Part shown: one piece after another, positions 27,448 through 37,041 of the stretch | How the letters are laid out: the number at the start of each line of letters is the position of its first letter | Numbering within the stretch: position 1 is the first letter of the stretch | The notes under the pieces: model-generated | Told to the model about the DNA's origin: nothing | Database searches by the model: none | What the model saw: the letters and a program-made list of their open reading frames with translations, nothing else | Made by a program: the position numbers and the translations under genes | IMG/VR virus record: IMGVR_UViG_3300021185_003145 | Span: 1-64,000 of that record | Strand: one strand, 5' to 3' | From: a virus | DNA length: 64,000 nt

Positions 27448-27686
27448 TAGTCGTCATCATATCCGTAGTCGTCGTCATCATAGACTTCTTCTTCTTCATC
27501 TTCACCTAATTGATCTGCTACTGCTTGTGCCATATTTTTATCGCAACCTTTTAGTGCATATAAAATATCATCACTTGCACCAGCATCAATTAGAATACTA
27601 ATTGAATGATCTGCGGCTGTTTGTCTTTCTTTTGCCGGAACATACTCTTTTATTGTGTTCCAGAACTCTGCAAACATTTCGTCCAT
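27447..27686 (-). CDS. Small acidic hypothetical protein
   Basis: 79 aa with D/E-rich tail. Confidence 0.7.
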   Translation of the reverse strand: MDEMFAEFWNTIKEYVPAKERQTAADHSISILIDAGASDDILYALKGCDKNMAQAVADQLGEDEEEEVYDDDDYGYDDD

Positions 27687-27689
27687 TGC

Positions 27690-28787
27690 TTATCCTTCTG
27701 CTACTTCTTTTTCTGTATCAATAACATCAACAACTGGTTGATCAGTTGCTTCTTCTTCAGTACTTAGTGTATCACCACCAAGTGCAATATCTTCCATTAC
27801 TGTATCAAGTTTTTCACCAATCCAATTTTTACGGAATTCAATAATAACTTCACCAGTACGTTTGCTTGTGTATTCAAGTCTGTTACCACTTTTCTTTAGT
27901 AGTCCTGCTTTTTCAAAAATGTCAACAAGTCCACTATATGGATCCATACCTGTTTCATATGGAATTTCTACTTGTACACCTTCAAACGGTTTTGCATAAC
28001 GTGTTTTCATAACTTTACAAGCGGCTCTAATACCATGTACTTGCGAAGTCTTAACACCGTTTGCGTCAACTTTAAGTTTAAGTTTTTTCATTGCAACAAC
28101 AATACTTGATGCATATACAAAACCTTGTCCACCTGATATCTTATCATCAGGATCAAACATGTCTTGCGATTGATAAGTGTGGTTAGTTGCTACTAAACCT
28201 ACATTATAACTACCAAACATATTAACACAATTTGTTACTAGTGCTTTAAGTGCCTTAGCCTTACGACCCATATCACCTTTCATGTCACCTGCATCAAACT
28301 GATTGAGTTCAGTTGGTGTCATCATCATACCTAATGAGTCAATTACAAATAATACCTTAGGACGTTCACCGTCGGGCATTGCTTTATAATCTTTCATAAA
28401 AGTACTAACTGTTTTTGCTACATCATCTAACATTGCCATGTTAAGTTTAAGAAGTTTTTCATCACTTGTATCAACATTTAATGCTTGTAACCAACTTTCA
28501 TCAAGTGCATTCTCTGAGTCAATTAATACTACAAAGATACCTTGATCTTGTGCGGCTTTAATAATATTACCACTTGCTATATAACTTTTACCAGCACCAG
28601 ATTCTCCAGCAAATACTGTAACTTTACCTAAAGGAATTCCTTTGTGAAAGTCACCACTTACTAGATAGTTTAATGCATAGTTACCAGTGCTGATCCAATC
28701 TGTAGGGTCATTAAAACCAACAGACAGGCCATCAATACTTTTTGTTATATCTTTTCTAAATTTACTTACGTCGAATGGTCTTGCCAT
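27690..28787 (-). CDS. uvsX: RecA-like recombinase UvsX
   Basis: GESGAGKS, IDSENA, VIDSLG, TNHTY, SGG.GF.YASS. Confidence 0.93.
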   Translation of the reverse strand: MARPFDVSKFRKDITKSIDGLSVGFNDPTDWISTGNYALNYLVSGDFHKGIPLGKVTVFAGESGAGKSYIASGNIIKAAQDQGIFVVLIDSENALDESWLQALNVDTSDEKLLKLNMAMLDDVAKTVSTFMKDYKAMPDGERPKVLFVIDSLGMMMTPTELNQFDAGDMKGDMGRKAKALKALVTNCVNMFGSYNVGLVATNHTYQSQDMFDPDDKISGGQGFVYASSIVVAMKKLKLKVDANGVKTSQVHGIRAACKVMKTRYAKPFEGVQVEIPYETGMDPYSGLVDIFEKAGLLKKSGNRLEYTSKRTGEVIIEFRKNWIGEKLDTVMEDIALGGDTLSTEEEATDQPVVDVIDTEKEVAEG

Positions 28788-28812
28788 TTGTTTAATCTCC
28801 AGTCATTGAAAA

Positions 28813-28835
28813 GTAGGGGGCTGTAACCCCCCACT
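28813..28835 (-). terminator. Terminator after gp32
   Basis: GC-rich GGGGG/CCCCC stem followed by ACTTTT. Confidence 0.6.
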
Positions 28836-28843
28836 ATATAGTT

Positions 28844-29875
28844 TTACTTGTTGCTTTGACGTGATCTGATCATTGCTAGAATGTCTTCAGCACGTTGATT
28901 TCCACCTTCTTCGGCTGCTGGTGCAGTTGCACCCATTTCTGCCGGAGTTGCAACTGGAGCCGGTTGCATAACAGTTTCAGCAACTGGTTGAGCGACCGGA
29001 GCAGGAGACGATTCTGCTACTGGTGCCACAGGTGCCGCTGTTGCAACTGGAGTAGGTGTTGGAGCATTTGAGCCTTCAGGTCTAGCCATTCCAGCAGGAC
29101 GATAGTATGATGCATACTTGTCCGGATCATATGCTTTTCCATCTACACTATCTTCAAACATTTGTTTAATAATAGCCAGTTCTGTTTCAGATGGTTTCTT
29201 TGGCAAGAAGTCATTCAAGTCAAACAATCCGTTTGTATCTACTGCTGACTGCTCTTCTTCAGTAATTGCAGTCTCTTTACGAGCCCAATTACTTGTTGAA
29301 TAGTCTGCATAGCCACCTTTTGATGTCTTTACAACACGGAAGTCTAAACCTTTTGAGTAATCAGTTGGCATTTCTTCCATATCCGGGTCCATTAAACTTG
29401 CTTTAATAATATTAAACAGTTGTGGTCCCATAATGAATCTACGAACTGGATTCTCAGGAGATGTTTCTTCTAATGGATTATCACGAACAAAACCTTGGAA
29501 TAAGTAAGATTTCTTTTTCCAGTATTTTCTACCCATATCTTCTAAAGAACTATCTTTAAACCATGGACGTACTTCTGCAAGAATTGGGCAAGAACCAGTT
29601 GGCTCCCACATTTCCATACATGGTACTTGTACTACTGTAGTTTTTGTTTCGTTATCACCTACAATACCTTGAAATGGTAAACGAATCATTGCTCGCTCTA
29701 CCCAAAAGAATGTATTGTTAGGATTAGAGTCTGGAAGGAAACGAATAGTGGCTGTTTCGCCTTCGTTAATATTCCAGTGTGGATAAATGGCGTTGTCGCC
29801 ATATGTATTGGAGTTACCGTTTGAACGGGTTTCTTGTGCTTGTAATTTTGCACGGATTTCTGCTAATGATGCCAT
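28844..29875 (-). CDS. gp32: Single-stranded DNA binding protein (T4 gp32-like)
   Basis: IRFLPD, CPIL, KYWKKKSY, GGYADYSTSNW; adjacent to uvsX. Confidence 0.88.
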   Translation of the reverse strand: MASLAEIRAKLQAQETRSNGNSNTYGDNAIYPHWNINEGETATIRFLPDSNPNNTFFWVERAMIRLPFQGIVGDNETKTTVVQVPCMEMWEPTGSCPILAEVRPWFKDSSLEDMGRKYWKKKSYLFQGFVRDNPLEETSPENPVRRFIMGPQLFNIIKASLMDPDMEEMPTDYSKGLDFRVVKTSKGGYADYSTSNWARKETAITEEEQSAVDTNGLFDLNDFLPKKPSETELAIIKQMFEDSVDGKAYDPDKYASYYRPAGMARPEGSNAPTPTPVATAAPVAPVAESSPAPVAQPVAETVMQPAPVATPAEMGATAPAAEEGGNQRAEDILAMIRSRQSNK

Positions 29876-30089
29876 AATAATTTGCCTCTTTCTGTTTAGC
29901 CATAATGGTTAGTTGTTGTTTTAATGCCTCGATAGCACATACAAGATCTACTTGTACTGCTAACAATTATATTTACCTTTGTAGTCAAAGTCAACCACTT
30001 TTTTTAAAATAAACATAATGTCTTGTTCTCTAAGCATGTACTTAATATAACATACTATATTAGTAAAGGTCAAGAGAAATCTGCATTTT

Positions 30090-30171
30090 TTTTGCATATA
30101 GTAGCGAATTATATACAAAAGGTAAGCAGACAACCTCTGACGCCTGTCGCTGTAACAGCGGTCCTAAGCGT
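30090..30171 (-). ncRNA. Candidate three-hairpin structured RNA
   Basis: Three consecutive inverted repeats in an intergenic gap. Confidence 0.4.
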
Positions 30172-32577
30172 TTACTTTAATCCGGCTAAGCCGAGTATTC
30201 TATCTATTTCTGATTGGTAATCAATATCTTCATTTTTTACTGCAAGATCATCATCACCATCACCATCTAAATCTACCATAATCCAGTTTTCACCTTTTGG
30301 ATCTTGACTATCATGTTGACAATCTGTAGTTGGCTCGCCTAACATATCACCACACTCTTTACATTTTAGGCTACATGCTTCGTTAATACTTTCGTCCATT
30401 GGCTCTTCTGAATCTTCGTCTACTTTGTCTTCTTTTTTAGGAAGTTTATCTTTAATTAGACCTGCAATCTTCAGCATAGTTTCAAGTTCTTTATCACCTA
30501 GTGCGTTTTTCTGACTTTGTAAATCTGCTTCTGCTTTTTTAAGTGATTGTTCTAAATCTTCATCTACTTCTACTACTTTTTCATCCATTAGTCCAAGCTC
30601 GTCTAGCTCATCACTTATATACTGTACTGGATCTCCATCTCTGGCTTTCATAGTATCGTATGGCATATCTTCTGAATAGTAATCAAACAAATCCATATAC
30701 AAATCAGTATCGTATACTGACATTAAATCATTACTCATTTGCATCTTTTTAGTTTCTGCAGGATGTTTTTTAAGTATATTAATAACATTTTCTTTGTCAG
30801 TATTTCTGGCTACTACTTGTGGGTAATCAGTATCATCTTCACTAACTGAACCAGCGTCATAATCAACTGCTACCATTAGCCTTTTTATTAATTGTTCATC
30901 AATATCATAACGTTGAATATTTGCTAATACCCATCTTTGTATGATTGGTCTTGCATCTGCATTTGGATCTTCGTCGCTTAACTCTCCAAGATCGTCATAT
31001 AACTCATCATCACCTACAATGTTGCCTAATGCATTACTGGCATTTTGTGCATCTGCTCCAACTGGTAAAGGTTTTTGCATAAGTTTTTCTAATTCTTCTG
31101 CAGCCTCTTCTGTATCTGGAATTGCCCAAGTACCTTCAATTAGATTGTTAGCCCAACTTTCTAATTGATTGTCTTCAGTTTTTAATTTTTTCTTTGCTTT
31201 TGGTTCTGACATCTTAACGTTGCCTTTGAGATACTTTAGTGCAAGACCCATTGCCGCATTATATTGCTTGGCATTATCAGTATCAAGATCACCTAACGCA
31301 TTAGCAAGTTCACTATCTACAGCGTTTAACTCTAAATAGTCAATTATCTTCATAATTATGCTTCTATTTTTTTGATCTTTTTCCTGGCCACTGCTCTTAA
31401 CTATTTCAAGCTCTGCATTAAGTTCTGCTTGTGCTCCTGGATTATTTTGTACTTCAATAGCATCTGATGATTTTGCAAACTTCATTAAGTTATCTGCTCT
31501 GTTGGCAAGTTTTGCATCTTGCTCTTTTTCAAATTCATCATAATCCTTATCTGCTTGTGATACAGCCGGCTCTGCTTCTGCTACTGCTTCGTTATCATGT
31601 TTTTCATTCATTGCTTTAATTCCTTGGGCTAAACTTGGTAAAACAGAATCCACAATATTGTCTCTTTCAATGCGAATTAGTTTACTACGAATATCATCTA
31701 AGTCGGCTTGTTCAATAGTTGACTCTGTAGGCTCATATTGCTGTACATAAGTCTTATATCCTTTTGGACCTGATAATGTTTTTAAAGTTGCAACTAAACC
31801 AGTTGCACGTTGCTTTGCTTGTTCAATAATATTTTGTGCTTCATCTTGCTCTGCAAAATTATCTGCACGTTTAAATGCTTTTACAAACTTTTTAAGATCA
31901 ATAACTTCCTGATTCATTTCATGTATGTGTTGTCCAAGTTCATCTACTTGATTTCCACCATGATTAACATGTTGTGCCATTGCTCTTGCACCTGCTAAAA
32001 ATCTAAAAGGAAACTTTGTGCGTTCTTTTGCTGAATTTTCAATAAACAAACTGTGTATTTGTCTTGTTCTTGAACCACGTTTTTCTTCGTCTACTGGCTT
32101 AGAGTGCTTTATAACTAAACGTACTTCACCAATGTTTTGATAACTGGTTTTAAGACTTCCGTGTAGTTTGCTCTCGTTAACATCTTCAACTGTGTCACTT
32201 ACATCATTTGTTTTAATATAAGCATAATCTTTTTTATCTAATTGTTGCTTGCCGATATTTCTAACATCAAAACCCATTAAGTTTCTTTTTGCAAAATATC
32301 TTAATTCTTTTAAAAATGTGTACCAATCTTTTTTATCATCATAACGCATGTCTTCAGTGATGTTATTGTTGTAATATACAACTAGTGCATCTGGATCAAC
32401 AATGTTAACTGTAACACTTCCATATGTTTTTCCACTACCTGTATACTCAAGTGTAAAAATTCTACCTGCGTCTGGCTCGATAGTACTCTGTGCCTGTTCG
32501 TTTGCAATAGTTAACTTGTCAAACTTCTTGGCTAATATACTGCTTAAATCTGTCGCTATTTTATTGTGTATTTGCAT
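30172..32577 (-). CDS. Large acidic multi-domain protein, putative prohead core/internal protein
   Basis: 801 aa; repeated x-x-E putative cleavage sites; ends RILGLAGLK; leaderless late start. Confidence 0.7.
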   Translation of the reverse strand: MQIHNKIATDLSSILAKKFDKLTIANEQAQSTIEPDAGRIFTLEYTGSGKTYGSVTVNIVDPDALVVYYNNNITEDMRYDDKKDWYTFLKELRYFAKRNLMGFDVRNIGKQQLDKKDYAYIKTNDVSDTVEDVNESKLHGSLKTSYQNIGEVRLVIKHSKPVDEEKRGSRTRQIHSLFIENSAKERTKFPFRFLAGARAMAQHVNHGGNQVDELGQHIHEMNQEVIDLKKFVKAFKRADNFAEQDEAQNIIEQAKQRATGLVATLKTLSGPKGYKTYVQQYEPTESTIEQADLDDIRSKLIRIERDNIVDSVLPSLAQGIKAMNEKHDNEAVAEAEPAVSQADKDYDEFEKEQDAKLANRADNLMKFAKSSDAIEVQNNPGAQAELNAELEIVKSSGQEKDQKNRSIIMKIIDYLELNAVDSELANALGDLDTDNAKQYNAAMGLALKYLKGNVKMSEPKAKKKLKTEDNQLESWANNLIEGTWAIPDTEEAAEELEKLMQKPLPVGADAQNASNALGNIVGDDELYDDLGELSDEDPNADARPIIQRWVLANIQRYDIDEQLIKRLMVAVDYDAGSVSEDDTDYPQVVARNTDKENVINILKKHPAETKKMQMSNDLMSVYDTDLYMDLFDYYSEDMPYDTMKARDGDPVQYISDELDELGLMDEKVVEVDEDLEQSLKKAEADLQSQKNALGDKELETMLKIAGLIKDKLPKKEDKVDEDSEEPMDESINEACSLKCKECGDMLGEPTTDCQHDSQDPKGENWIMVDLDGDGDDDLAVKNEDIDYQSEIDRILGLAGLK

Positions 32578-32581
32578 AAAG

Positions 32582-32977
32582 TTATTTATCCGAATTGTTG
32601 GTTCTTGCTTTAGTTAAAATAGCCAGATCTTGTTGTATGAGAACAGGAATTGGAGTACTATGTCCACCGTAACACGGATGACTGTACAACCATTCTTCAT
32701 GCAATCTGCACTCGTTTAACCTATTGTGTATCTTACACAACAGTCTGCCACTAGAATGCCAGTGTATCCACATTCTAGCAACATAGTTATTTAACGGTGT
32801 AATATTGTGTTCTCCTTTCCATTGCTGTACGTCTATCTGTTGCTTTCGCCAGTAAGACTTACTCCAAGGACAAACACTAACAATTGAAGCGAAATACTCA
32901 CTCCAATCTATATTACTTTCTTTTGCCGCCTTTTCCGCCACGTTTTGCCATTTTAAAACTCCTTGTTTGTTACACAA
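32582..32977 (-). CDS. Hypothetical protein, start uncertain
   Basis: Open frame (DWSEYFASIVSVCPWS..WLYSHP); annotated TTG lies next to the promoter. Confidence 0.55.
   Translation of the reverse strand: MCNKQGVLKWQNVAEKAAKESNIDWSEYFASIVSVCPWSKSYWRKQQIDVQQWKGEHNITPLNNYVARMWIHWHSSGRLLCKIHNRLNECRLHEEWLYSHPCYGGHSTPIPVLIQQDLAILTKARTNNSDK
32913..32951 (-). CDS. 12-aa basic micro-ORF MAKRGGKGGKRK
   Basis: AAGGAG 7 nt before ATG; late TAAATA upstream. Confidence 0.55.
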   Translation of the reverse strand: MAKRGGKGGKRK

Positions 32978-32986
32978 ATATTTATC

Positions 32987-34552
32987 CTACATCAATATAA
33001 AAGGCATTGGTTCTATTATATCATCAAGGTGATCTTTCATTCGTTCTTCAATACTAGCATCATAATTACGAACTACATTTGTCATTCGTATTGCTAGTAA
33101 TAAACTCATTACTAAATCATCTTTCTCTCCAGGCTTTGCACTATAACTATTTCCAGTGGCAACAAAGCATTTCATTTCACTAATAAGACTTTTACTATTA
33201 AGATTAAGTCGTTTAGTTTCTATTAAAGATTTCATTTTTGCACAAGCAGATAACTTACTTCGATGTGTTGTATTAAACCCTTTACGGAATCTTTTTGCAT
33301 TTCCGTGTGCTCGCGGTTCGCTCAAAAATACTCCAGGTATATTTTCTTCTCCAATTTCAGCAATACTAACAAGTGCAGCCTCTCCTAGTGTATTATTTTC
33401 AACACTATAATAGACATCATTTGGCTCGCCGATGCACTCAGCCAAGTATCCACATATTTCTCTCATAATTGCTACTTGTTGTGTTATTGGTGTTTTATTA
33501 TGCATCCACTCGGCTACTTGTACTAAATTAGGCAATTCAAGTATTTGTATTGCACTATTGTCCCCTCCTGTTCCTAAACTAGGATCTAGTGCAACCATAT
33601 AAGTTTGTCCTTTGACTGGCTTTTTATACCAACGTACTTGTCCTTGCTTTTCAATTGGATCTGAGCCATCAAGTTCTGCTAGTCTAACTGGATTAATTAA
33701 TGTTTCTTCGTAGATAATAGGTTCGCATTCCATTTCACGTCTGAAACGTTCATCGCCAATTCTACCACGTTCTTCTATTGCCCACTGCTCATCTCTGTCT
33801 GGGTGCTCTTGCCACAAGCATTTGTAAGGAGCAAATCCGTTTGTTCCTGAATCACTTTCGTTACCATACTCATCAATGTTATCGTTTGCTTGTGTCCACA
33901 ACAACCAAAACTGATCTTCATCACTGTTAGGTGTACTTGTAATAATTGCACTACCACCTGTTGCTAGTGTAGGAGATATTGATGTCCAAAATTCTGTAGC
34001 AATAGTATTACGAACAAATGCAAACTCATCACAGTATAATAATGTTATGGACATACCACGTCCGGTATTTTCTGTTGTTGCTTGTGCTACAATTCTACTT
34101 CCGTTTTCAAATTCAATTGAACCTTTGTTGTAGTTTGTAACACCTGCTCTAATATGATCAGGGCATAGTTCATATGCATAACGTATACGTTGCATAATCT
34201 CTTGAGCTCCACTAAACTTATGTGCCGCAATAAGTATTGTACTATCAGCAATAAACATTGCATGCCATAACAAGTAACCAGCGGCAGTAGTTGTTTTACC
34301 CATTTGTCGACTCAGTAAATTAATACTGAAACGATTTTTGTGATAACTATTAACGAGAGACTCTTGAAACTCAAAAGGCTTGTACAACATTTTTCCTTGG
34401 ACTGGATGTTGTATGTGAAAATAATTTGACATAAAATAGTTAGGACCGTTATCAGTGTTTGCACACTTTATAAATTCTTCTAATTGTCCTTCAGAAAACT
34501 TCTGGCTTTGGTGGGCTCTTTTTACTAAAACGCCATCTAAACTCTTGCTCAT
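32987..34552 (-). CDS. gp17: Terminase large subunit (gp17)
   Basis: SRQMGKTT, LYCDEFAF, TSTPN, ALDPSLG, KDDLVM. Confidence 0.95.
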   Translation of the reverse strand: MSKSLDGVLVKRAHQSQKFSEGQLEEFIKCANTDNGPNYFMSNYFHIQHPVQGKMLYKPFEFQESLVNSYHKNRFSINLLSRQMGKTTTAAGYLLWHAMFIADSTILIAAHKFSGAQEIMQRIRYAYELCPDHIRAGVTNYNKGSIEFENGSRIVAQATTENTGRGMSITLLYCDEFAFVRNTIATEFWTSISPTLATGGSAIITSTPNSDEDQFWLLWTQANDNIDEYGNESDSGTNGFAPYKCLWQEHPDRDEQWAIEERGRIGDERFRREMECEPIIYEETLINPVRLAELDGSDPIEKQGQVRWYKKPVKGQTYMVALDPSLGTGGDNSAIQILELPNLVQVAEWMHNKTPITQQVAIMREICGYLAECIGEPNDVYYSVENNTLGEAALVSIAEIGEENIPGVFLSEPRAHGNAKRFRKGFNTTHRSKLSACAKMKSLIETKRLNLNSKSLISEMKCFVATGNSYSAKPGEKDDLVMSLLLAIRMTNVVRNYDASIEERMKDHLDDIIEPMPFILM

Positions 34553-34608
34553 TTGTTTCTCTCATTGTATAATGTATACATATTATAACTTATTTATCGG
34601 TAAAAATT

Positions 34609-35163
34609 GTGAGTGATTGCTTAGTATTAAATGGTAACTATCAGCCGTTGAGTTTACTACCATTAAGTGTAGTAGGCTGGCAACAGGCTGTTAAATTATA
34701 TTTCTTAGATCGGGTTAGGATCATTGAAACGTATGATGACTGGCAAGTACACAGTCCTAATATGGATTTTAAAGTACCTGCTCTTGTGGCATTACGAAAA
34801 TACTACCCTGTGCAAAAACAAATAAGATTCACTCGTTATAATTTATTTTTACGTGATATGTATCAGTGTCAATATTGTGCTGATACTTTTCCTACTATTG
34901 AATTAACTGTTGACCATGTACTTCCACTAAGCAAAGGTGGAAAAACAAATTGGCAAAATTGTGTTAGTGCTTGTAAAAAATGTAATACAAAAAAAGGTAA
35001 TACTGTTGGGCAAATGATTCCTATCAGAAAAACGTTTACACCGGATTACTTTAACTTATCTAGTATTAGACGCAAGAGACCATTTACTGTACGACACAGT
35101 AGTTGGTTAGAATATATTGGAAACGTAGATGACTTTAAGTTTAGTAAGGATTCTCACCAGTAA
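34609..35163 (+). CDS. HNH endonuclease
   Basis: RD...CQYC...TVDHVLP...GG...W.N.V.AC..CN..K. Confidence 0.92.
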   Translation: MSDCLVLNGNYQPLSLLPLSVVGWQQAVKLYFLDRVRIIETYDDWQVHSPNMDFKVPALVALRKYYPVQKQIRFTRYNLFLRDMYQCQYCADTFPTIELTVDHVLPLSKGGKTNWQNCVSACKKCNTKKGNTVGQMIPIRKTFTPDYFNLSSIRRKRPFTVRHSSWLEYIGNVDDFKFSKDSHQ

Positions 35164-35347
35164 GATGTGTTTGTGCAAACCATAATTTAAACCATTCAGG
35201 TGTTCCTGGTTTAATATTTTTCTTCTTCATATGTTTAGATTTTTTATCTCCCACATAAGAGAGATTCTCACTATAAGGGGTCAAACCTTTATACGATTCA
35301 ACCCCTGCTAGTTTTTTTAAATTTTTTAACTCTTCTTCAAAAGTCAT
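35141..35347 (-). CDS. Small hypothetical protein
   Basis: ELKNLKKLAGV...IKPGTPEWFKLWF. Confidence 0.7.
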   Translation of the reverse strand: MTFEEELKNLKKLAGVESYKGLTPYSENLSYVGDKKSKHMKKKNIKPGTPEWFKLWFAQTHLTGENPY

Positions 35348-35348
35348 T

Positions 35349-36503
35349 TTACTTCGACATAAGTGCCTGTAGTTGGTCTGCCAATTTTGCTGCCAGTGGG
35401 TTATCCCCCGGACCCTCTTTTCTAGTGTGGGCTTTTGGCCCGTTTAGTCCTCCGGACAATTTGTTTAATTGCATATCCGCATCCATGTAATCTTCGTCTG
35501 GTGAGTTAGAATACTCGTCCAGTGCTTTTGTTGCCTGTGTATCTGCCTGTAAGCCCGCTAAGGACATAAGTGATGCTAAGTCATCGACTGCAACTTCTAC
35601 TGTTTCTTGTACGTCTGCTTCTTCAACAGTTTCTGCTTCTTCTACAGATTCACCAATGCCGTACATAAACAACTTGCTGTATACTTCTGGATGATCTTGT
35701 TTGATTGCATATTTAATGTCTTGCATAAATTTTTCTCTCATTGCGGTATCACCTGAAGAAGCCATAGCGACAATATCATCACCATCAGCATTAGCATTTT
35801 TCATAAGATTTTCTAATGCTTCGATTGAATCCTCAATATCATCAATCATAATATATGAATAATCATACGGGTCACCTTGCATTAATTCTCTTTCTACTTC
35901 TTCGTCACTCATGCCTTTTGCTTTGAGTTCTGCTTTAGCCTCAGCCTCTCCATCATAGTACTCTTTTTGATCTGCTTTATAAGACATTAAAAGTTTTTTT
36001 AAGGCAGGTGCAACCATATCAAGTGTTACACTATCTCTATCAATATTTGATAATTCTTCTTCACGACCAGTGTTAGTAACTTCTTCAGATGCTTCATCAA
36101 CAACTTCTTCTGTTGCTACTTCATCAGATTCAAAACTAGCATTCATCTCATGGTGTCTACGATAGTCATCTACAAACTCTTTTATTTGATCTGCATCTAA
36201 GAAACGTACTATTTCTTGGAATATAGGATGATCTGGATCGCAACCTACTTCATCACATAAGTCCATAATAGGATCAGCGGCAGTACCTACTGCTTCTGTT
36301 TCAACGCTTTCATTTGATTCATTTGCTTCTTTAGAATCGTCCCAAAATTTGCCGGCTTCTTCAGCACTACCAAATGTTTTTGAATGCATGTCAATAAAAT
36401 CTTTTCTGCTATTATCTTGTGCTTCAATATCTAAATCAGACATTCTACTTTCAGATACATCTTTTTCCATGCCTGAATATTTTAATAAGGTTTCTAAATC
36501 CAT
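35349..36503 (-). CDS. Highly acidic protein, putative prohead core/internal protein
   Basis: 384 aa, E/D-rich, internal LMSLAGL. Confidence 0.65.
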   Translation of the reverse strand: MDLETLLKYSGMEKDVSESRMSDLDIEAQDNSRKDFIDMHSKTFGSAEEAGKFWDDSKEANESNESVETEAVGTAADPIMDLCDEVGCDPDHPIFQEIVRFLDADQIKEFVDDYRRHHEMNASFESDEVATEEVVDEASEEVTNTGREEELSNIDRDSVTLDMVAPALKKLLMSYKADQKEYYDGEAEAKAELKAKGMSDEEVERELMQGDPYDYSYIMIDDIEDSIEALENLMKNANADGDDIVAMASSGDTAMREKFMQDIKYAIKQDHPEVYSKLFMYGIGESVEEAETVEEADVQETVEVAVDDLASLMSLAGLQADTQATKALDEYSNSPDEDYMDADMQLNKLSGGLNGPKAHTRKEGPGDNPLAAKLADQLQALMSK

Positions 36504-36504
36504 G

Positions 36505-37014
36505 TTACTTTCCTGCTTTTTCTTTTTTGGCTATTTCTACTTCCGGAGTACCACGCTCTAATTCTTTAAGCATGTTCTCGTTATATTTGTCACCAAATGT
36601 TGGGTCATCTTTACTATCTTCATAGTCGCTATCAAGTAAAGGCTCATATTCTTTTTCTTTGGCATTAGCCGCTTCTTCACGTGCAATTTCTTCCGGGTGC
36701 TCAGCGTTAATAACAACTAAGTGCGACCCTGAAAGTCCAGCATATTCGGCTAACTCATTTCTTAATATTGCAGAAGTACAAGGATAATTTACAGTAACGT
36801 CAATCATGCTAACTTCTGAATTCTTTAATGTTTGGAAATCCATTGGATGTTCCTGAATAGGAGTTGTTTTTGGCTTACTCATGTCAGTTACACTGTACTT
36901 TCCGAGCACCATTTCAATTCTATCAATGTGCTGATCTTCAAGAGTGCCGGCATATTTTATACGGAATTTGTATTCTTTTTTACTTTCCGTTAAGTATTGT
37001 TGAAATGTTTTCAT
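36505..37014 (-). CDS. Putative head protein with T4 CTS-like N-terminus
   Basis: MKTFQQYLTE-S; late promoter at ~37043. Confidence 0.7.
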   Translation of the reverse strand: MKTFQQYLTESKKEYKFRIKYAGTLEDQHIDRIEMVLGKYSVTDMSKPKTTPIQEHPMDFQTLKNSEVSMIDVTVNYPCTSAILRNELAEYAGLSGSHLVVINAEHPEEIAREEAANAKEKEYEPLLDSDYEDSKDDPTFGDKYNENMLKELERGTPEVEIAKKEKAGK

Positions 37015-37041
37015 TTTATCCAGACCTCTATGTAATATAAG

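Noticed and set aside
30023-30220. 65-aa plus-strand ORF
   Set aside because: TTG start without RBS; overlaps promoters and hairpins
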